NCBI GenBank assembly: GCA_018396655.1
Contig: JAGTQF010000004.1
Span: forward strand, 317 to 64,316
Length of the DNA: 64,000 nucleotides
Source: Candidatus Bathyarchaeota archaeon
Lineage (GTDB): Archaea > Thermoproteota > Bathyarchaeia > Bathyarchaeales > DTEX01
Reading direction: 5' to 3'
Below, in pieces: positions 26,297 through 36,011 of this stretch (its first letter is position 1; the number at the start of each line of letters is the position of its first letter). A model generated the notes under the pieces. The model saw only the letters and a list, made by a program, of their open reading frames with translations, was not told the origin of the DNA and searched no databases. Position numbers and translations under genes: made by a program.

Positions 26297-27316
26297 TTAA
26301 ACGCCTTGATGCGATTCAAGAGATATGAATGTTATTTGCGGCGGTGTCTCACGTATCTTCTTTGGTGGTCTAGCCGGATATCTCAGCCTTATTAATCTTT
26401 TAGCTGGTCCAGGAACACTTCCACTGAGCAGTATGTATGTGCCCCTAACTATACCATAATGCAGGAAGCCTCCTCTTGGGGTCACTTCTCTTCCATCCTT
26501 TCCAATCTTTATGATGCGCTTATTATACTCGGTTCTCTGGTGGTAACCCATCTGCCCAGCTCTTGGAACAGTATATATAACCCTCTTAAGCCCCCAAGCT
26601 CCTAACGTTCCAACTCCACGCTTAGTTTTTCGGCTTTTATGTTGTAAAATTCTTACGCCCCACCTCTTAACTGGACCCTGAAAACCCTTACCCTTCGATA
26701 TAGCAATTACATCAACGAACTGTCCTTCCTTAAAAACCTCCTCAGCTGAGACAGCCCTTCCAAGAATCTTCTTTGCGTATTCAAATTGCTCCTTTACTGT
26801 GCCACCCCCAATCTTAATCTCCATTAGGTCGGGCTTCTTTTTCGGAACACTTGTTAATCTCGGCTGCGTAGCTGCTAAAACTCTAAACTCGCTGATTTTA
26901 TCCAGCGAACCTTCAATCCTTTTCAGGCCCTCTTCAACCTTCTCCTCGCTAGCCTCTTTAGGAACAGTTATAGCTCTTTCGATGTCTTTCGGTAAGGAAC
27001 TTGCCCAAACCTCAGTTAAGGTCATGAGCCCTTTTTCGTCTTTTGTATAGGCGCGGATAGCTGCTATATATAATGGAGGAGCATCAATAACTGTAACTGG
27101 CTGGACTATCTCTTTTCCGAAATTTATTGAGCCTGGTTCATCGTCAATCACTATCGCGTATGTCATACCAGCCTTGTAGCCAGCAAAACCCAGAAGCGTA
27201 GGCCCACCTTTAATCTCAGGCCAATAGCGTATTCTTCCAACTGAGCGTGAAGCCCTACCTCTAGGTAAATACGCTAATGAGCCTCTTTTTGGGGCATTAA
27301 TCTTTCTGTGGCCCAC
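26297..27316 (-). CDS. rpl3: 50S ribosomal protein uL3
   Basis: Contains MGHRK..APKRGSLAY.PR..A and FQG..KRWG. Confidence 0.95.
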   Translation of the reverse strand: MGHRKINAPKRGSLAYLPRGRASRSVGRIRYWPEIKGGPTLLGFAGYKAGMTYAIVIDDEPGSINFGKEIVQPVTVIDAPPLYIAAIRAYTKDEKGLMTLTEVWASSLPKDIERAITVPKEASEEKVEEGLKRIEGSLDKISEFRVLAATQPRLTSVPKKKPDLMEIKIGGGTVKEQFEYAKKILGRAVSAEEVFKEGQFVDVIAISKGKGFQGPVKRWGVRILQHKSRKTKRGVGTLGAWGLKRVIYTVPRAGQMGYHQRTEYNKRIIKIGKDGREVTPRGGFLHYGIVRGTYILLSGSVPGPAKRLIRLRYPARPPKKIRETPPQITFISLESHQGV

Positions 27317-27445
27317 CGGTATTCAATCTCCTAATCTCTGGTCTTATATTCCTATTGGTCTTTCATCAAGATAAGAGAAATAAGTTATAAACCTTTCCTT
27401 TTAATATTTCCATAAACTTCCGTAGCTCTCGATGGAGGATCGTGA

Positions 27446-28471
27446 ATGCTGGAGTTTACGATGCAAGAGGGGTTATGGCTTAAAGGTTCGATACATTGTC
27501 ATAGTACGGTATCAGATGGCCTTCTTAGTCCGGATGATGTTGCTAAATTCTATGAGGAGAAAGGCTACAGTTTTCTCTCAATAACAGACCATGAGAAAAT
27601 ATCTTCTGTGAGAAAATTTGGAGGCATCTACCAGCACGGTGTTGAGGTTTCTAGGGGTAAGTGCAAGTTGGGCGAGCCATATCATATTGTGGCTTTGGGG
27701 GTCGAGGATGAAGCGATTTTAAAGATAAGCGATGCGCAGCTTCTCATAGACTACGTTAATGATTCAGGTGGCATAACCTTTATAGCGCATCCCTACTGGT
27801 CAAATCTTGTTTATGAGGACCTAGTTAAGTTAGAGGGTTATGTTGGCATAGAAGTCTATAATTCAGGATGCGATGTTGAGGTTGCTAAAGGTTATGGGTT
27901 AAGCCATTGGGACAGCCTTTTATCATCACGTAGGAGGGTTTGGGGTATGGCTGTTGATGACTCACATAGGTATCTTAGGCCACCTATAGATGCTTATGGT
28001 GGCTGGATATGGATTAACACTCGTGATGGAAGCCCGGAAGAAGCCTTGAAATCCGTTAGAGATGGGAGATTCTATTCTAGCATGGCCCCTAAAGTATTCA
28101 GTTTTAAGTGGACGCCAAGCTTTTTATATGTTGAATCCACTCCTATTGACAGGTTGAATATAGTGACGGCTAATGGAAAAGGCCTTTCCATATCGCTTGC
28201 CACAATACGCAGGTTACTTGATGAGTGGATGAAACCACAAAGCAGAAGATTATGCGAGGATATCATATCGAACCTCGAATACGTAAGTAATGGTGGAAGA
28301 GAAGAAGCCCACATCGAGCTTGTGAGGGGTGGCAGAATTACCGTAGGATTCATTGAGGAGGGCGCAACACTCTTTAAGGTGGAGAGAGAGTTTAACTATC
28401 CATACGTGAGGGTTGAGCTGCTCGATCGGGAAGGAAGATATGCGTGGATTAATCCGGCACTTAATCTTTAA
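27446..28471 (+). CDS. PHP-domain metallophosphoesterase family protein
   Basis: Contains HCHSTVSDG, ITDH and AHPYW metal-ligand motifs. Confidence 0.6.
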   Translation: MLEFTMQEGLWLKGSIHCHSTVSDGLLSPDDVAKFYEEKGYSFLSITDHEKISSVRKFGGIYQHGVEVSRGKCKLGEPYHIVALGVEDEAILKISDAQLLIDYVNDSGGITFIAHPYWSNLVYEDLVKLEGYVGIEVYNSGCDVEVAKGYGLSHWDSLLSSRRRVWGMAVDDSHRYLRPPIDAYGGWIWINTRDGSPEEALKSVRDGRFYSSMAPKVFSFKWTPSFLYVESTPIDRLNIVTANGKGLSISLATIRRLLDEWMKPQSRRLCEDIISNLEYVSNGGREEAHIELVRGGRITVGFIEEGATLFKVEREFNYPYVRVELLDREGRYAWINPALNL

Positions 28472-28518
28472 AAGGAAAATATCTAACATTTTCCATTAAG
28501 GTTGGGTGGATAAGAGGA

Positions 28519-29397
28519 ATGGGCCTCCCAGAGGCGCTGTTAAGGGAGAAGATTAGGAGCTTCCTCGAGGAGGATATAAGTTTAGGTGATATAACCACAG
28601 AGCTTATTGTTCCAGCTGGGGTTAGGGTGCGAGCTAAAATAATTGCGAAGGAGCATATGGTTATAGCTGGATTATATGAGTTGAAGGTTATCTTTGACAT
28701 GATTAACGCGAAGGCCACATACTTTGTTAATGAGGGTGATGAAGTCCGGCCAAACACCGTTATAGCTGAAGTTGAGGGTGATGGAAGGTCAATCCTAGCG
28801 GTTGAAAGAACAGCGTTAAATATATTCTCGCGCATGTGTGGTGTAGCAACGGCAACAAGAAGATTGGTAAAGAAACTTAGGGATGCTGGATTAAATGTGC
28901 GTGTGGCGGCGACTAGGAAGACCGCTCCTGGATTAAGATATTTTGATAAGAGGGCGGTCATTATTGGTGGAGGCGACCCCCATAGGCTTGGGCTTGATGA
29001 CCAAATACTAATTAAGGATAATCATATAGTTGTTGCTGGTGGTGTAGAGGAGGCGCTTAAAAGAGCCCGTTCCTCAGCAAGCTTCTCTAAGAAGATAGAG
29101 GTAGAGGTGAGGGACGCTAATGAGGCTATAAAAGCAGCTAAATTGGGAGCTGAGATAATAATGCTTGATAATATGACCGTTGAGGAGGCATCTATGGTGA
29201 TAGAGACTTTAGAGAAAATTGGTCTCCGCGATAAGGTTCTTATAGAAATTTCTGGCGGAATAAACGAGGAGAATATTGTTAGCTATGGAAAACTTATGCC
29301 GGATATCATTTCCGTTGGCGAGTTGACACACTCAGTTAAATCCGCCGACGTAAGCCTGGAGGTTGTTGAGGTTATTTCAGCCCAGCGAGCTCCCTAA
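28519..29397 (+). CDS. nadC: nicotinate-nucleotide pyrophosphorylase (quinolinate phosphoribosyltransferase)
   Basis: Contains ERTALNI, TRKTAPGLR, HR.GL.D..LIKDNH and LDNM motifs. Confidence 0.85.
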   Translation: MGLPEALLREKIRSFLEEDISLGDITTELIVPAGVRVRAKIIAKEHMVIAGLYELKVIFDMINAKATYFVNEGDEVRPNTVIAEVEGDGRSILAVERTALNIFSRMCGVATATRRLVKKLRDAGLNVRVAATRKTAPGLRYFDKRAVIIGGGDPHRLGLDDQILIKDNHIVVAGGVEEALKRARSSASFSKKIEVEVRDANEAIKAAKLGAEIIMLDNMTVEEASMVIETLEKIGLRDKVLIEISGGINEENIVSYGKLMPDIISVGELTHSVKSADVSLEVVEVISAQRAP

Positions 29398-30580
29398 CTA
29401 CCTTTATAACTGCAGATGCTGGTGCATCAGTCTTTATTCCTCTACCATGAAAATGTGTTCTGACGGCCCTAAAGCCCATCTCTCTTATGTGGTCAATTAC
29501 CTCTTTTAATGGCGGTGTGGGCACACCAATTCTATCACATATCTTATCAATAACATAGTATGTTGCTGGAGCATCAGCCTCCTCTTTTACCAGCGATACG
29601 ATTCTTCGGGCTTCACTACCTATATGCTCGTATTTTAGACTCTTTAGATTCTCCTCCATAAGTGTGCAGAAATTCTTATCGGCTATTTCCCCAATCCATA
29701 AGGGCCCAGCAGCCTTTAATATTGAGCCGCATTCGCAGCACGTCATATTGTGTGCTAGTATCATCTCTCTATGGGCTTCTCTGTGAAAGCATTTAAAGCA
29801 GTGCAGGATATAGCCCATCTCCTCTAAACTTTTATCTGCGCTTTTAGCACCGTAATTTACTAGCGCATATAGGCGGGCGTAATGGTCTGTGCTGTGACTG
29901 AAAACCATTTTAACCCCAATATTATACTTGGCTGCGGTCATGGCTAGGCAACCAGCTAAAAGTCTTACTGCAATCTCATGACAGTATTCGGTTCTAAGAG
30001 AGAAACCCCCATACTTTCTTAATGCGACCCTCGGGTAAACTCCACATAAGGGAGCCATATCGGTAGCTGTTAACGCAAGTAGGCCGCCATTTCTCAAAGC
30101 CCTTAGGGCCGAATCCATATATGGGGCTGGTGAGCCGAAGGGGTCGATATCTATGAAGTCAAACCTCTTTTTTGGCGCTGCATATCTGGCTAAGAATAGA
30201 TTGGCATCCTCATTTGAGGCGAAAATTCGGCTGGTAAGGTCATTTAATTGGATATTATGCTGGATTATTGCGTATGCTTTCTCGTTTATATCGTTGAGGT
30301 AAATAGAGCCTAGCCCCTCAACCTCTATTGCGAAGCGTATGCCTCTAACGCCGCATCCAGCAAGGGGTTCGGCGATGGACAAATCTCTTCCAACAATCCT
30401 CTGGTATGATTGAAGGGCTAAGACAGCTATATCTCGGCATGTTCTCATGAGAGGATTATAGAAGACTGGAGCCTTAGATGGGGCGTAATCCCAAACCCCC
30501 CTCCTAAAAGCCTCAAGCTTAGGGACGATAACATTAGCCATGCCTTCACAGATAACCTCTATAGGGAAGTCAAAGCCCAA
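29372..30580 (-). CDS. trm1: tRNA (guanine26-N2)-dimethyltransferase
   Basis: Contains IEV.EG.A.I.VPK, VFYNP.M...RD and DIDPFGSP, plus a Cys4 cluster (CFKC...CCEC). TTG 30580 is chosen by N-terminal alignment from memory; the longest ORF reaches 30664. Confidence 0.8.
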   Translation of the reverse strand: MGFDFPIEVICEGMANVIVPKLEAFRRGVWDYAPSKAPVFYNPLMRTCRDIAVLALQSYQRIVGRDLSIAEPLAGCGVRGIRFAIEVEGLGSIYLNDINEKAYAIIQHNIQLNDLTSRIFASNEDANLFLARYAAPKKRFDFIDIDPFGSPAPYMDSALRALRNGGLLALTATDMAPLCGVYPRVALRKYGGFSLRTEYCHEIAVRLLAGCLAMTAAKYNIGVKMVFSHSTDHYARLYALVNYGAKSADKSLEEMGYILHCFKCFHREAHREMILAHNMTCCECGSILKAAGPLWIGEIADKNFCTLMEENLKSLKYEHIGSEARRIVSLVKEEADAPATYYVIDKICDRIGVPTPPLKEVIDHIREMGFRAVRTHFHGRGIKTDAPASAVIKVVRELAGLK

Positions 30581-30730
30581 GCCTTTAAACCCCTCAACTT
30601 TAGTGTTGCACCATATGTAGTTGGGCTGCACGAATAAAACAATTTTTTGCCAGTAGAAAAACAATCGACGTTAAAGCTTTTATTGGGAACCGCCAATTTG
30701 ATATTTTGAGCATCTAAAATTAACGGTGAC

Positions 30731-31723
30731 ATGAGCAAATTGAGGTTTAAAGAAATCGGCTGGAATGGCCTTCTATTTGAGGTTCCAGAAGAGATGAGGA
30801 TGACAAGCGAAGGCGGTAATATAAACTCTGGCTATCTTAGGACCGAAATGGAAGGCTTAGTGATGGAGGTTAAGTGGGAGCTCCTTAACCCCAAAAAAAT
30901 TAAATCTTTGGCTGAGGTGGCAGATTCTTTTATAAGCAGCGCTAAAAAGAAGATTAAGAAGACCAGCAAGAAAAAGATTGACTTGAAGGTTGAAAGAGCG
31001 GAGAGCAGATTTATAGCATCACATAGCGCTTACTCAATGTTTCTTAAGACTGTGGCAAAAGCTTGGGAGCCTGTCTATATATGGAATTGTGAGAAGAGCG
31101 GGCGTGTAGTAATAATCCACTTCACTTCAATATTGCCTGAAGACACCAGTAGGGAGTTGGTTGAACATATACTTAGTTCTTTTAAGTGCCATCATGAGGG
31201 TAAATTTATCCCGTGGTCGGCATTAAATATACGCTTTAATGTACCGGCATCCTTCCTACTTTCTGAGAGAAAAATAGCTGTTGGAAGAACGTATCTAGTC
31301 TTTAATGAGCAGAAGCTCTCTCCATTTGCTGAGATGGGTAGAAGCTTAATAATCGAATACTTTTCTATGGCGAACGTAATCTATGAGGACACTTATAAGA
31401 ACCTTGAGGTATGGTTCCAAAATAAATATTGGAAAGATTTGAAGAAACGTTGTAAGAACATCGCGTTCCAAACGACTGAGACTAAGAGAATCTTAAGACA
31501 TAATGTCTTGCATAAGCATGGTGTTAAGGGCTCTGGTATATTCACAAGAAGATTGACTTCATGCGATAACCTAACATGGTATTGCTCGAAGTCAAATCGA
31601 ATATACTCCATCACATTCACGTCTTATGTTAGTAGACCCTTCTTCTTAAAGAGGAAACTCGATGAGGAAACTAATAGGAAAATAATAGAGGAGCTGGTTT
31701 CATCATTCAGATGTCATTTATAG
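30731..31723 (+). CDS. hypothetical protein built from two tandem homologous ~160-aa halves
   Basis: The halves share W..L...F.VP at their starts. They also share (I/T)W.C.KS.R...I.FTS and ...(I/L)(V/I)E(H/E)(I/L).SSF(K/R)CH at their ends. Confidence 0.45.
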   Translation: MSKLRFKEIGWNGLLFEVPEEMRMTSEGGNINSGYLRTEMEGLVMEVKWELLNPKKIKSLAEVADSFISSAKKKIKKTSKKKIDLKVERAESRFIASHSAYSMFLKTVAKAWEPVYIWNCEKSGRVVIIHFTSILPEDTSRELVEHILSSFKCHHEGKFIPWSALNIRFNVPASFLLSERKIAVGRTYLVFNEQKLSPFAEMGRSLIIEYFSMANVIYEDTYKNLEVWFQNKYWKDLKKRCKNIAFQTTETKRILRHNVLHKHGVKGSGIFTRRLTSCDNLTWYCSKSNRIYSITFTSYVSRPFFLKRKLDEETNRKIIEELVSSFRCHL

Positions 31724-32272
31724 GCTTGAGATTATATTTTGAAGCTCATCACACCTAGACTTCACAGCTCTATATATTTCATCTCTAAGCTCCTCTCCGG
31801 AGAGATTCGATTCCCTAATGATGGCAAGTCTCCTTGCAAGTTCGACATCACCAAGAGATTTAATCCAAGCCTCAAAGTCTCCGCGGAACATATGAAATTC
31901 TATAGATTTTAAGTCTAAACTCCTTATTTTCTCACAGAAATCATGGAGACTGTCGGAGAAAATCATTAACGGTTTGTCTAGTTCGCTATAGAAGTGAAAG
32001 GCTAAGGCGTATGGAACCCTACTTAGAATTCTTTCGGCTGATTCTTTATTAACCCTTGGAAAGCCAAGTGCCTCTTTACCCAAATCGGTTAAGGCGTATA
32101 GCCCTTCACCAGTTTTAGTTACATAATTGTTTCTTCTAAGGTTTATGATATGCATGTTAACGCATCGAATTTTCACGCCAACACCATCAGATATCTCCCT
32201 TAAACTTGCTGGCCTATTAATCCTCCATAAAAACTCTAGAATTCCCATCTTGACTTTGCTCAATTTAACCAT
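31718..32272 (-). CDS. winged-helix protein with an uncharacterised C-terminal domain
   Basis: The N-terminal wHTH is MGILEFLWRINRPASLREISDGVGV...INLRRNNYV. ATG 32272 is preferred; the longest ORF reaches 32425. Confidence 0.5.
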   Translation of the reverse strand: MVKLSKVKMGILEFLWRINRPASLREISDGVGVKIRCVNMHIINLRRNNYVTKTGEGLYALTDLGKEALGFPRVNKESAERILSRVPYALAFHFYSELDKPLMIFSDSLHDFCEKIRSLDLKSIEFHMFRGDFEAWIKSLGDVELARRLAIIRESNLSGEELRDEIYRAVKSRCDELQNIISSL

Positions 32273-32585
32273 TCTATAGTCCTCAATGTGATTACTTGCT
32301 TCTTCTGTAAGATATGAGGAAGAGTTATTTAAGCAGTATCCCCCTAAAAGAATAGATAATGTCCGTTTGAAAAGATATGTTTGTGGTGTTGTTATGGAGA
32401 AGCGTAAGAGATATGACGCAATCATACTTATAAGCTGTGAGAGAGGGCAAGTTATGGATATAATTGAGCATATTAAGAAGAGATTTCCCGATGTAGAAGC
32501 CGCTTATGAGGTTATCCAGGAAGAGGAATATCAATTAGGTAAGGAGGTTTAGTTTACCATATAAGGGGGAGAGAGCGGCATTAAA

Positions 32586-33572
32586 ATGGCGGGCCTCGAC
32601 AAAATAGTGGTTATTCCAGTCGCTTTCGAGAGCATGGGCGTTAGGTCAATGTGCACCTATGTGGAGACACCAAATGTTAGGATTCTCCTAGATGCCGGCG
32701 TCTCACTTGGACCGAAACGCTTTGGTTTTCCTCCCCATCCCAGAGAGTATAGGGCGCTTAAGGATAGGCGTGAAGCAATTGTCAATTTAGCTGGAAGGGT
32801 GGATGTTGTAACCGTCAGCCATTATCATTTTGATCATCATACACCATCATATACGGACTGGGCCTATAATTGGTGCTCTGCTGAGATTGCTGAAAAAATT
32901 TACGGTGGGAAAAGCGTCTTAATTAAGAATTATAGGGACTATGCGAACTTCAGTCAAAGAAGGAGAGGTTGGCTGTTTACTAGAACAAGTGGTAGACACG
33001 CCAGTAGGCTTGAGATTGCGGATGGAAGGACGTTTAGCTTTGGCGACACTCTGATATCATTTTCTACACCCGTCTTTCATGGCCCAGAAGATTCGGAGTT
33101 AGGGTGGGTTATAATGGCAATAATAAGGCATCGTGATGAGAGCATCCTCTTTGCGCCAGATGTTCAGGGTCCAATGGTGCAGGAAACGCTAAATATTATT
33201 ATTAATGGGAGCTTTCAGCTGGCAATTATAGGCGGCCCACCAACGTATTTAGCCGACTTTAGAATGGGTTGGGAAAACATAAGTGTTGCGATAAAAAATT
33301 TAGAGGAGATTGTGAAGCGCATTCCAACAGTGATTCTTGACCATCATACTCTCAGGGATGAGAACTGGAGGGCTCTGATGAAGCCGGTGATGGAGGCGGC
33401 GCTAAGTGTGAACCATGAGGTCTTTACGGCTGCAGAGTTTCTAGGAAGAGAGAATTGCCTTCTTGAGGCTACACGCAAGAGACTTTATAAGGAGGAACCG
33501 CCAGCATTAGAATTCATCAAGTGGTCAAAAACTTCTTCAGATAGAAGGAAGCTTATTCAACCTCCAATCTAA
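32586..33572 (+). CDS. metallo-beta-lactamase-fold hydrolase (archaeal UPF0282-like)
   Basis: Contains the SHYHFDHH motif and an MBL-like strand pattern. Confidence 0.7.
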   Translation: MAGLDKIVVIPVAFESMGVRSMCTYVETPNVRILLDAGVSLGPKRFGFPPHPREYRALKDRREAIVNLAGRVDVVTVSHYHFDHHTPSYTDWAYNWCSAEIAEKIYGGKSVLIKNYRDYANFSQRRRGWLFTRTSGRHASRLEIADGRTFSFGDTLISFSTPVFHGPEDSELGWVIMAIIRHRDESILFAPDVQGPMVQETLNIIINGSFQLAIIGGPPTYLADFRMGWENISVAIKNLEEIVKRIPTVILDHHTLRDENWRALMKPVMEAALSVNHEVFTAAEFLGRENCLLEATRKRLYKEEPPALEFIKWSKTSSDRRKLIQPPI

Positions 33573-33607
33573 AATTCAGAATTTCCTAGTTTAATTTTCC
33601 CAACCAC

Positions 33608-35899
33608 TTGACTTATATATTTGTTTCTTTCCTCAAAAGGGAAATTGTGGGAGGAGACTTGGCCAAATCATATATTAAGGGTAAGAATGAGATTCTATTC
33701 GAACTTGCGCCTGTTGGAAAACTGCGACTTCGATTATACGGCGATAATGTGATTCGCGTGACTTATTCCCCCACCGATTTTCCGCGTGGCGAGACCAGTC
33801 TGATTGTAATTGAGAGGGGCTTAAAGCGCGTGGGCTGGGATGTAGGGGAGGAGAATGGGAAGGTAATTGTTAGGACGAATAGAATCGCTGCCCTAGTTAA
33901 TCCTGAATCTGGTCTTATCGAGTTTAGAAGCGGTTCTGGGGAGCAGATTATTAGAGAATGCTCTAGAGTCATGATTCCAGTAGAGGTTATGAGGGAGAAG
34001 ACGCATCATGCTGAGATAGTCTTCTCCGTATCTGATGGTGAAGCCCTTTATGGTCTTGGGCAGCATCCGGGCTTCTTCAACTATAAGGGTCGTACTATTA
34101 CGCTTATACAGAGAAACTGGGATGTCGCCATACCGTTTTTAGTGTCTAGCAGGGGTTATGGAATATTATGGGATAATTATTCGATGATGAGGTTTGAAAG
34201 CGTTAGGGATGATGAGGGGGATAAGATTAAGTGCTGGTTTGAAGTAGCCGATAGCGTAGATTACTATTTAATTTACGGTCCAAGTCTCGATGATGTTATA
34301 GCATCTTATAGGTGGTTGACTGGCGAATCACCATTATTACCACTGTGGGCTTACGGTTATTGGCAGTCTAAGGAGCGATATAAATCCCAGTCAGAGATTA
34401 TTGAGACTGCTAGAAAGTTTAGGGAGAAGGGTATTCCAATAGATGTTATAGTTCAAGATTGGATGTATTGGGGTAAGTATGGCTGGAATGCCTTCAAATT
34501 TGATGAGGAAAATTACCCGAATCCACCTAAGATGGTTGAGGAGCTCCATGCGCTTAACATGCACATACTAATTTCTGTATGGCCAACATTCGACGTGAAC
34601 ACGGATGTTTATAAGGATATGTTCGCTAAGGGCTATATATGCCCGAACACTAGATGCTATGACCCATTCAATGAGGGGGCGAGGAGACTCTACTGGGATT
34701 ATATTAAGAGGGCCTTTTTTGATATAGGCATGGATGGTTGGTGGCTGGACGCTACTGAGCCTGAGACTGGTGCTGGTTGGTCATCATTTTATACGCCTTT
34801 CCACTCAACTAAGACAGCGATGGGTTCCGGAGCCCGTTACCTGAATGTCTATTCCCTCATGACTACGAGAGCTGTTTATGAGGGGCAGCGGAGCGTCTCA
34901 GATAGGCGTGTGGTGATACTTACGCGTTCCTCATTCGCTGGTCAGCAGCGTTACTCGGCGGTTACATGGTCTGGTGACATATTCCATGATTGGGGGACGT
35001 TGCGAGAGCAGATTCCAGCTGGATTAAACTTTTCTATATCTGGGGTTCCTTATTGGACGACAGATATAGGTGGTTTCTTTAGCGGAAACCCTGAAACGGA
35101 GTCGTATAGGGAGATTTTCATAAGATGGTTCCAGTGGGGTGCATTCTGCCCAATATTTAGAGTTCATGGGACAACCTATGCTAAGGAGCCTTGGATGTTT
35201 GGTTCGGATGCTGAGAAGATACTTGTTAAATACATTATGTTGCGTTATAGGCTTCTGCCATATATATACTCTACGGCGTGGAGAGTTACAAGCGAGGGAT
35301 ATACAATGATGCGACCGCTAATAATGGACTTCATGGATGACCCCCACGTTCTCAACATAGAGGACCAATATATGTTTGGTCCTGCATTAATGATTAGCCC
35401 GGTTACGCTTCCAAAGATTCCTAGCAGAAGGGTTTATCTGCCTAAGAGCGCTGGGGGCTGGTACGACTTTTGGACTGGAAGCAAAATTGATGGTGGGCGT
35501 ATGATTGATGCGCCTACACCACTTGATGTGATACCAATCCACGTTAGAGCTGGCTCAATAGTTCCAATGGGTCCTCCACTTCAATATTCTGGGGAGAAGC
35601 CGATGGACCCGATAGAGATTAGGGTTTATGGTGGTGCGGATGGTTCCTTCACTCTTTATGAGGATGATGGTGAGACATATGATTATGAGAGGGGTAAGTA
35701 TAGCCTAATCCAAATAGAGTGGAATGATAAAGAGAAGGTTCTAACAATAGGTAAGAGAAGTGGAAAGTATCCAGGAATGCTTAAGGAGAGAACATTCAAT
35801 ATAGTGTTAGTCAAAGAGGGGCATGGGATAGGACTGGAGGAGACTAAACCCAACCAAATAGCACATTATAAGGGAAGGAAAATCTCCATTAAACTTTAA
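33608..35899 (+). CDS. glycoside hydrolase family 31 (alpha-glucosidase/alpha-xylosidase-like)
   Basis: Contains GYWQSKERY, a GMDGWWLDATEP nucleophile region and WSGD / PYWTTDIGGF / FRVHG motifs. Confidence 0.85.
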   Translation: MTYIFVSFLKREIVGGDLAKSYIKGKNEILFELAPVGKLRLRLYGDNVIRVTYSPTDFPRGETSLIVIERGLKRVGWDVGEENGKVIVRTNRIAALVNPESGLIEFRSGSGEQIIRECSRVMIPVEVMREKTHHAEIVFSVSDGEALYGLGQHPGFFNYKGRTITLIQRNWDVAIPFLVSSRGYGILWDNYSMMRFESVRDDEGDKIKCWFEVADSVDYYLIYGPSLDDVIASYRWLTGESPLLPLWAYGYWQSKERYKSQSEIIETARKFREKGIPIDVIVQDWMYWGKYGWNAFKFDEENYPNPPKMVEELHALNMHILISVWPTFDVNTDVYKDMFAKGYICPNTRCYDPFNEGARRLYWDYIKRAFFDIGMDGWWLDATEPETGAGWSSFYTPFHSTKTAMGSGARYLNVYSLMTTRAVYEGQRSVSDRRVVILTRSSFAGQQRYSAVTWSGDIFHDWGTLREQIPAGLNFSISGVPYWTTDIGGFFSGNPETESYREIFIRWFQWGAFCPIFRVHGTTYAKEPWMFGSDAEKILVKYIMLRYRLLPYIYSTAWRVTSEGYTMMRPLIMDFMDDPHVLNIEDQYMFGPALMISPVTLPKIPSRRVYLPKSAGGWYDFWTGSKIDGGRMIDAPTPLDVIPIHVRAGSIVPMGPPLQYSGEKPMDPIEIRVYGGADGSFTLYEDDGETYDYERGKYSLIQIEWNDKEKVLTIGKRSGKYPGMLKERTFNIVLVKEGHGIGLEETKPNQIAHYKGRKISIKL

Positions 35900-35928
35900 A
35901 AATTTCTCCAGCCTTCCTAACGGAATTA

Positions 35929-35963
35929 TTGATACCTCCCTATCTTTTGGATAGCCTCTCCCT
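35929..35963 (-). repeat. 35-nt purine-rich element, copy B (partner at 1084..1118)
   Basis: The minus-strand reading AGGGAGAGGCTaTCCAaaAGATAGGGAGGTATCAA is 32/35 identical to copy A. It lies about 50 nt past the mch stop. Confidence 0.6.
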
Positions 35964-36011
35964 CCTCCCCTAATTAATAATTAGGATAAGTGGATAATTA
36001 ATCTGCGCCAG

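Noticed and set aside
29372-29397. 26-nt convergent overlap of the nadC and trm1 3' ends.
   Set aside because: Short convergent overlaps are common in compact archaeal genomes. Both ORFs have intact C-termini, and no additional signal was seen.
32367-32552. 61-aa ORF whose middle (YDAIILISCERGQVMDIIEHIKKRFPDVEAAYEV) resembles the first half of an AsnC-type RAM domain.
   Set aside because: It is too short to form the domain and ends abruptly. It overlaps the extended reading frame of the opposite-strand wHTH gene. It may be a gene fragment or noise, so I did not call it as a feature.
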